From contig CASEFL010000004.1 in assembly GCA_949287245.1 (NCBI GenBank), forward strand, positions 41,499 to 105,498: a stretch of 64,000 bases of DNA. The letters are read 5' to 3'. The stretch is from an uncultured Bacillota bacterium. Lineage in GTDB: Bacteria > Bacillota_I > Bacilli_A > RFN20 > CAG-826. The notes under the pieces were generated by a model, which saw only the letters and a program-made list of their open reading frames with translations, was not told the DNA's origin and did no database searches. Positions within the stretch are counted from its first letter, which is position 1. Each line of letters opens with the position of its first letter. Below are positions 57,709 to 64,000 of the stretch, one piece after another. A program made the translations under genes and the position numbers.

Positions 57709-58224
57709 CTAGTTTCTCTCCTTCACAACAACGCGAATGTTGCTCGTTCTTTTAATTAAGCCTGAGCTACTTCCCTTAGCGCGGGGAAGATAACGCTTCA
57801 TCTTGATGCCATCGGAAGCTTGAATTTCACTTACATAGAGAAGTTCTTCATCAAGACCGAAGTTATTTGTGGCATTGCTTGCCGCACTTTCAATGAGTTT
57901 ATAAACAGGTAAGGCTGCTGCCTTATTGATGTGTTTGAGAAGGGCAAGAGCGTCTTTGACATTTTTTCCACGGACAACATCAAGGACAAGACGAACCTTT
58001 CGTGGAGTAACCCGCACACCAGTAACAAGCGCAGTGGCTTGATGAACAGCAGGACGGCTCTTCTTTTTTGCTTCTTTATGAGCAACTACCCATTCAGCAT
58101 GAATGTCTGCGTGGGTCTTTTTGCTTTCCTTTTTCCCTTTACGAGAGCGCTTCTTTGGCTCTACAGGAGTTTCTTCTACAACTTCTTCTTTGCTCGTTGC
58201 AGCTTTTTTCTTTCTTTCTGCCAT
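57709..58224 (-). CDS. rplV: 50S ribosomal protein L22 with N-terminal extension
   Basis: TPRKVRLVLDVVRGK...SAASNA...KRYLPRAKG...RTSNI. Confidence 0.97.
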   Translation of the reverse strand: MAERKKKAATSKEEVVEETPVEPKKRSRKGKKESKKTHADIHAEWVVAHKEAKKKSRPAVHQATALVTGVRVTPRKVRLVLDVVRGKNVKDALALLKHINKAAALPVYKLIESAASNATNNFGLDEELLYVSEIQASDGIKMKRYLPRAKGSSSGLIKRTSNIRVVVKERN

Positions 58225-58235
58225 ACGCCCTCCTT

Positions 58236-58523
58236 TTATTTCTTCGCGGCTTGATCGCCGGCATTATTTCCGTGGTGTCCAGAATAGGTACGGGTAGGAG
58301 CAAATTCTCCTAATTTATGACCGACCATATCTTCTGTGATATACACGGTGACGTGTTCCTTACCATTATGGACAGCAAAGGTATGCTCCACAAAGGCAGG
58401 ATAAATGGTGGAACGGCGGCTCCAAGTTTTAATAACTTCATGCTTGCCGCTTTTGTCCATAGCCTCCACCTTTTTGAGGAGGTAGCTATCGACGAACGGC
58501 CCCTTTTTGCTAGAACGTGACAT
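58236..58523 (-). CDS. rpsS: 30S ribosomal protein S19
   Basis: [11 protein letters not shown]...TWSRRSTI...[11 protein letters not shown]. Confidence 0.98.
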   Translation of the reverse strand: MSRSSKKGPFVDSYLLKKVEAMDKSGKHEVIKTWSRRSTIYPAFVEHTFAVHNGKEHVTVYITEDMVGHKLGEFAPTRTYSGHHGNNAGDQAAKK

Positions 58524-58535
58524 TTCTTATCCTCC

Positions 58536-59363
58536 TTATTTCCGACGTCTGACAATAAGACGTGTGGATTCTTTCTTCATTTTGCGGGTCTTCACACCCA
58601 TTGCTCTCTTACCCCAAGGAGTACGAGGAGCATCGCGGCCAACAGGGCACTTCCCTTCACCACCACCATGAGGGTGATCGTTGGGGTTCATAGCAGAACC
58701 ACGAACGGTTGGGCGCCAGCCCATGTGACGCATTTTTCCCGCAGTACCAACGTTAACAAGGCTATAGTCCTCGTTACCGACAATACCGATAGTGGCACGG
58801 CATGTGCCAAGAACTTTACGAACTTCACCAGAAGCCAAACGAAGCATGACATACTTCCCTTCGCTTCCTAGTACCTGTGCGGAAGTTCCCGCTGCCCGAC
58901 ACATTTGTCCGCCCTTACCAGGCTTTAATTCAATGTTGTGAACAAAGGTACCATCAGGGATGTTGCTTAAGTCACAGCAATTCCCTACTTTAATATCTGT
59001 TGCTTCTCCCGAGAGAATTTCATCTCCGACTTTTAAACCTTTGGGAAGAAGGATATAACGCTTTTCTCCGTCGACATAATTGACCAAGGAAATGAAGGCA
59101 CTACGGTTAGGATCATATTCAATGGTTGCAATCTTACCCGGAATTCCATCTTTTCTCCGTTTGAAGTCGATGATTCGATAACGGTTTTTATTTCCTCCGC
59201 CACGATGACGGCAGGTAATCACTCCTTGGTTATTGCGCCCGCCCGTATGTTTTTTGGGAGCGAGTAGCGATTTCTCAGGAGTGGCGGTTGTGACGTCTTG
59301 ATAGCTAAGCGTCGTCATCGCACGACGGCTTGGCGTATATGGACGATATGTCTTAATTGCCAT
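58536..59363 (-). CDS. rplB: 50S ribosomal protein L2
   Basis: GGRNNQG...IEYDPNRSA...[18 protein letters not shown]. Confidence 0.99.
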   Translation of the reverse strand: MAIKTYRPYTPSRRAMTTLSYQDVTTATPEKSLLAPKKHTGGRNNQGVITCRHRGGGNKNRYRIIDFKRRKDGIPGKIATIEYDPNRSAFISLVNYVDGEKRYILLPKGLKVGDEILSGEATDIKVGNCCDLSNIPDGTFVHNIELKPGKGGQMCRAAGTSAQVLGSEGKYVMLRLASGEVRKVLGTCRATIGIVGNEDYSLVNVGTAGKMRHMGWRPTVRGSAMNPNDHPHGGGEGKCPVGRDAPRTPWGKRAMGVKTRKMKKESTRLIVRRRK

Positions 59364-59442
59364 TTTTCTTTCTCCTATATGGGCACTTCCTCACTAGAAC
59401 CATATATAAGGATATAGGGGCCTAGCGGTGGGGGTTCCCTCC

Positions 59443-59766
59443 CTATTCTTTGAATAAGTCGACGGCATTCCCTTCTTTTAAGGTAATGATGGCTTTCTTA
59501 TAGCCAGAGACGTGGCCTTTATAACGACCACCACGAGACTTACTCTTGCTGATTTGATTCAGCACGTGGACATTTTCAACTTCCACTTGATAAAGACGTT
59601 GGAAGCTGTCCTTAATTTCAATCTTGTTCGCACTAGCAAGCACTTTAACGGTTACTTTGTTTGCGTTTTGAAGGAGTGCCATGCTTTTCTCGGTAATGAT
59701 AGGTTCTAAGATAACCTCATAATCATGTTGAACCGGAGTTGCGAAGACTTTCTTTTCTTCTGCCAT
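59443..59766 (-). CDS. rplW: 50S ribosomal protein L23
   Basis: PIITEKS...ANKIEIK...YKKAIITL. Confidence 0.96.
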   Translation of the reverse strand: MAEEKKVFATPVQHDYEVILEPIITEKSMALLQNANKVTVKVLASANKIEIKDSFQRLYQVEVENVHVLNQISKSKSRGGRYKGHVSGYKKAIITLKEGNAVDLFKE

Positions 59767-60407
59767 TACTTAAGTCCTCCTTCTAATGCGACAAGCGCTT
59801 CTTTACTAATCATGAAGTGGTTGGCATTTAATAAGTCATAAACACCGATGTTATCCACACTCACGCATTTGATGCTGGGAAGATTGGTACTTGAGAGTAC
59901 TAATTTTGGATCCTCCGTATCATCAACAAGGAGAGTTTTTCCTACACATCCTAAGGTTTTTAAGATGAGAGCAAATTTCTTTGTTGATACTTCTTCTAAG
60001 GCAAGAGAGTCAACAACAACGATTGTCTTCTCTTTAACCTTATCCGAGAGAACAGTTTTTAAGGCTAACTCATGAGCTTTCTTATTTTGTGAACGCTTAT
60101 AAGATTGATTCCCATCTGGTCCAAAGACGGTGCCACCGCCAACCCAAATTGGGCTTCTTGTGGATCCTGCTCTTGCTCGGCCGGTCCCTTTTTGGCGCCA
60201 TGGTTTCTTTCCACCGCCTGAGACCTCATGACGCTTCTTTGTTTTGGCTGTCGCTTGACGGGCATTTGCCATTTCCGTGACAACAGCATCATGGACGACT
60301 TGTTCGTTTTCTTCTTTAATTCCGAACACATCCGCGGAGACTTTGATTTCTCCGACTTTTTCCCCGCTAAGGTTGACCACGGGGAGGGTAATCTTTTTCT
60401 CGGCCAT
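59766..60407 (-). CDS. rplD: 50S ribosomal protein L4
   Basis: [15 protein letters not shown]...GGGTVFGP. Confidence 0.98.
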   Translation of the reverse strand: MAEKKITLPVVNLSGEKVGEIKVSADVFGIKEENEQVVHDAVVTEMANARQATAKTKKRHEVSGGGKKPWRQKGTGRARAGSTRSPIWVGGGTVFGPDGNQSYKRSQNKKAHELALKTVLSDKVKEKTIVVVDSLALEEVSTKKFALILKTLGCVGKTLLVDDTEDPKLVLSSTNLPSIKCVSVDNIGVYDLLNANHFMISKEALVALEGGLK

Positions 60408-60409
60408 GG

Positions 60410-61117
60410 TTATTCTCCTTTCGTTTCAGTGGAGGTTTCCGCTTTAACTTCACGGTCCACTAAAGTTTTAATTGCAGGTTTTTTACGTGGGGCTTTCACT
60501 GCGCTACGAATCTTTAAGATTGAACGTTTTGGGCCAGGAAGTCCTCCTTTAATGAGGATATAGCCCTTTTCTGCATTGCTTTCGACTACCGTAACATTTA
60601 ATAAGGTCGTTTGTTCAGGGCCCCAATGTCCTGACATGGTCTTTCCTGGAATAACGCGGTTATTGCAACGGCCGTTATTGGCAAGAGAACCAATTTGACG
60701 GTGATAGCCAGAACCATGTCCTTTGGGACCAATATGATTTCCATATTTCTTAATGGTGCCGCTATAACCATGACCTTTTGTCATACCAATGATGTCAACA
60801 ACATCACCGGCGGCAAATAAAGAGGCATCTAAGGTTTGCCCAACCTCTTTACCATAAATTTCATCTCCTTTAAGTTCCATCACATGGGCCTTAGGAGACA
60901 CACCCGCTTTCTTGAAGTGGCCAAGCTCGCAATGATTCGCGCGGGATTCTCTTTTATCTTCATAACCAACTTGAAGGGCTTCATAGCCATCTTTTTCAAG
61001 GGTGCGCTTTGCGAGAATGACATTGGGCAGGACTTCAACAACGGTGACAGGATACATAGTGCCATCTTCTGCAAACACTTCTGTCATCCCAATTTTTCTT
61101 CCGATTAGGGATTTCAC
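60410..61117 (-). CDS. rplC: 50S ribosomal protein L3
   Basis: GRKIGMT...DGYEALQ...TKGHGYSG...MSGHWG...KGGLPGP. Confidence 0.98.
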   Translation of the reverse strand: MKSLIGRKIGMTEVFAEDGTMYPVTVVEVLPNVILAKRTLEKDGYEALQVGYEDKRESRANHCELGHFKKAGVSPKAHVMELKGDEIYGKEVGQTLDASLFAAGDVVDIIGMTKGHGYSGTIKKYGNHIGPKGHGSGYHRQIGSLANNGRCNNRVIPGKTMSGHWGPEQTTLLNVTVVESNAEKGYILIKGGLPGPKRSILKIRSAVKAPRKKPAIKTLVDREVKAETSTETKGE

Positions 61118-61130
61118 GATTCCTACCTCC

Positions 61131-61445
61131 TTACTTCGCTGTTAATTGGATTTCAACGCCACTTGGGACGTCAAGACGCTTAATTTCATCAACCGTTTCT
61201 TTCTTTGGGTTGACAATGTCAATTAGCCTCTTGTGGGTGCGGATTTCAAATTGTTCACGGGAATCCTTGTATTTGAAGGTTGCCCGGAGAATGGTGTACA
61301 CCTGCTTTTCGGTGGGGAGAGGAACGGGTCCAATCACACCGGCGCCGGTTTTCTTTGCTACCGTCAGAATTTTCTCAACAGCAGTGTCGAGAGTGGCATG
61401 TTCATAAGCCTGAAGTCTGATGCGGAGCACATGCTTCTTCGCCAT
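61131..61445 (-). CDS. rpsJ: 30S ribosomal protein S10
   Basis: RIRLQAYEH...GPVPLPT...[16 protein letters not shown]. Confidence 0.98.
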   Translation of the reverse strand: MAKKHVLRIRLQAYEHATLDTAVEKILTVAKKTGAGVIGPVPLPTEKQVYTILRATFKYKDSREQFEIRTHKRLIDIVNPKKETVDEIKRLDVPSGVEIQLTAK

Positions 61446-61487
61446 AGATTTTCCTCCTTGTGTCTCTTGGCTTGCCTTGCTTGCTCA

Positions 61488-61547
61488 ATGCGAGTTTCCT
61501 GACTAAGTCCATCGACAACATTGATGGGCGTGTCAGCAACATCGCAT
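61488..61547 (-). promoter_or_regulatory. Structured rpsJ (S10 operon) leader
   Basis: Nested stems ATGCGA/TCGCAT, CTGAC/GTCAG, CCATC/GATGG; contains GTTGCTGACAC...TCAGG as recalled for Bacillus rpsJ leaders. Confidence 0.65.
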
Positions 61548-61572
61548 ATCCCCGTAAGCGCTGGCAGTGCGA

Positions 61573-61601
61573 AATATACTCTTACGCACGCGAAGATACA
61601 A
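61573..61601 (-). promoter_or_regulatory. Putative S10 operon promoter
   Basis: TTGTAT-N17-TATATT directly upstream of the leader. Confidence 0.55.
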
Positions 61602-61641
61602 ACAAAAAATGCACAATTTCTTTGAAAATATCTCAACTTTT

Positions 61642-61670
61642 TAAAAAAACCGCACTTTGGCAGGTTTTTT
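61642..61670 (-). terminator. Possible terminator after queH
   Basis: AAAACC-T-GC-loop-GC-GGTTTT with a T-run. Confidence 0.4.
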
Positions 61671-61733
61671 AATGTTTGCAAGCGTTTTCACTTTACATTC
61701 TTTATGCACCATGCATAAGGAAAATACAAGAAA

Positions 61734-62363
61734 TTAATCATTTTTCTTGGAATTTAAACTATATTCACAACCACAATAATTTTGTCGATATAAACCTAAA
61801 TGAGAGGCGATGCGAATCCCTTCTTCCATACCGCCAAGTTTCTTCCAATCCGATAAAACAAAATGTGGACCATTTGGATCTTCTTTATCTAATAAAAGAC
61901 CAATTTCGTTAATCACTTGTGCACTTTTTTGGCGAGAAGAGGTTAAAGTTGTACACCAATTGGGAATCTTAAGATCTTTTGCTAATTTTCTAGCTTCCTC
62001 GAGGCGTTTTTTATAACAAAGATGGCAGCGTTCCCCTCCTTCTTTGCATGTTTTTAAAGGAAGCAATTCTTTCATGTAATTATCGTGATCATAATGGACC
62101 GGCAAAAGAGTAATTTGAATTCCATAAACAGAAGAGAATGCTTCAATTGCCTTTTCTAAAGTTTTCTTTCTTTTCTCCCATTCTTCGAAAGGATAAATAT
62201 TCGAATTGTTGTAACTTACATATAGATTGTAGGACGCCCCTAAAATAAGAAAAGGAAAACAAGAACAAGGGCCGCAACAAGAATGAAGAAGTAGTTTTTC
62301 TCTCTTTTTTAAAGAGGCGCGCTTTAGCTCTTCTTCTAAAGCATGCTTTGTATCAAAATTCAT
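61734..62363 (-). CDS. queH: Epoxyqueuosine reductase QueH (DUF208)
   Basis: LLHSCCGPCS, NSNIYP, ERCHLCY, LYRQNYCGC; downstream of queA and tgt. Confidence 0.92.
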   Translation of the reverse strand: MNFDTKHALEEELKRASLKKREKLLLHSCCGPCSCFPFLILGASYNLYVSYNNSNIYPFEEWEKRKKTLEKAIEAFSSVYGIQITLLPVHYDHDNYMKELLPLKTCKEGGERCHLCYKKRLEEARKLAKDLKIPNWCTTLTSSRQKSAQVINEIGLLLDKEDPNGPHFVLSDWKKLGGMEEGIRIASHLGLYRQNYCGCEYSLNSKKND

Positions 62364-63409
62364 TCGCCATCCCCTTGATAGGATCCATAAATAAACATCG
62401 CGTCGCCAAAAGAAAAGAAACGATATTGTTTCTCTACCGCATGTTTATAACATTCTAATGTAAACTTTCGTCCCATAAAGGCGGAAACAAGCATGATTAG
62501 GGTGCTTTTAGGAAGATGAAAATTGGTAATCAGAGCGTCCACCGCTTGGTAATGATAACCAGGTGAAATAAAAATGGAGGTAGAAGAAGAATCTTCCTCA
62601 AAACGCCCAAATTTTTGATACACCGACTCTAAAGTGCGCACTGATGTCGTACCGGTTGCAATAATCCTTCTTCCTTCCTTTTTTGCTAAATTTAAGATAT
62701 CCGCAACTTCTTTACTCATATGGTAAGTTTCTGCGTGCATAACATGATCTTTTGTATCTTCTACTTGGACAGGACGAAAGGTTCCTAAACCAATATCAAG
62801 AGTAATATCTACAATTTGAACGCCGATTTGCTTAATTTTTTCTAAAAGTTCTTCCGTAAAGTGAAAGCCTGCCGTAGGGGCAGCACTGCTCCCAGGAACG
62901 GATGCGTATACAGTTTGATAATCACTTTTTTTGCTCGTTCTTTCGTGAATATAAGGTGGAAGAGGCATCTCTCCTAACTCTTCTAGTCTCTCTAGAAAAA
63001 TCCCTTCATAATGAAATTTCATAAGACGAATGCCTTCAGGAAGAACCTTAATGCATTCCGCGCGAATCTTCCCTTCCCCAAAAGAAGAAAAAGATCCAAC
63101 TTTTACAGAATGCGCGTTACCAACTAAGCATTCCCAAACATCATCTCCATGATCTTTTAATAAAAGAAGTTCAATTTTTCCTTTTGTATCTTCTTTTATA
63201 CCGTGTAATCTTGCTGGGATAACTCTTGTGTTATTTCGCACTAAAACATCGCCTTTATGAAAATAGGAAATAATGTCGGAGAAAATTTTATCTTCATACG
63301 TTTTTTCTTCACGGTTTACAACAAGTAAACGGCATTTATCTCGCAAATCACTTGGTTTTTGCGCGATTAATTCCTCCGGTAAATCAAAATTAAATAATTC
63401 AATATTCAC
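62360..63409 (-). CDS. queA: S-adenosylmethionine:tRNA ribosyltransferase-isomerase
   Basis: LPEELIAQ, LPPYI, YQTVYA, AAPTAG, ITNFHLPKSTL, FFSFGDAM. Confidence 0.98.
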   Translation of the reverse strand: MNIELFNFDLPEELIAQKPSDLRDKCRLLVVNREEKTYEDKIFSDIISYFHKGDVLVRNNTRVIPARLHGIKEDTKGKIELLLLKDHGDDVWECLVGNAHSVKVGSFSSFGEGKIRAECIKVLPEGIRLMKFHYEGIFLERLEELGEMPLPPYIHERTSKKSDYQTVYASVPGSSAAPTAGFHFTEELLEKIKQIGVQIVDITLDIGLGTFRPVQVEDTKDHVMHAETYHMSKEVADILNLAKKEGRRIIATGTTSVRTLESVYQKFGRFEEDSSSTSIFISPGYHYQAVDALITNFHLPKSTLIMLVSAFMGRKFTLECYKHAVEKQYRFFSFGDAMFIYGSYQGDGE

Positions 63410-63410
63410 G

Positions 63411-64000
<590 letters not shown>

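Overview
This is a 64-kb chromosomal window from a low-GC Bacilli/Mollicutes-related anaerobe. It uses genetic code 11 (TGA ends rpmJ and map). Mollicute-like L11 and RpoB variants, no rpmD in the spc operon and an [FeFe]-hydrogenase suggest an uncultured gut lineage such as RFN20/RF39 or Erysipelotrichales (inference). All convincing genes lie on the minus strand. In transcription order the core scaffold is tgt(partial)-queA-queH, the S10-spc-alpha superoperon, hydCBA, cysS-mgtC-rlmB-sigH-like, rpmG-secE-nusG, rplK-rplA-rplJ-rplL-rsmC-like-rpoB-rpoC and rpsL. Accessory blocks interrupt this scaffold. (1) A 15.3-kb, 11-gene, tightly coupled operon between sigH and rpmG. It encodes three small proteins and one large protein with a shared signal-peptide motif, an extended SipW-type peptidase, a membrane-anchored McrB-like AAA+ NTPase, a DUF2357-like partner with no visible nuclease motif, an ABC exporter, a large surface protein and a repeat lipoprotein. 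Its promoter -10 box is overlapped by a perfect 8-4-8 palindrome. This is the best candidate for an undescribed system. (2) A CzrA/SmtB repressor plus P1B metal ATPase between nusG and rplK. (3) An XRE-membrane regulator plus orphan lipoproteins between rpoC and rpsL. (4) A GT-C-type glycosyltransferase plus a frameshifted membrane gene between rplQ and hydC. I saw no tRNA, rRNA, CRISPR array, integrase or transposase. All family assignments come from motif recognition by eye; no database searches were run.
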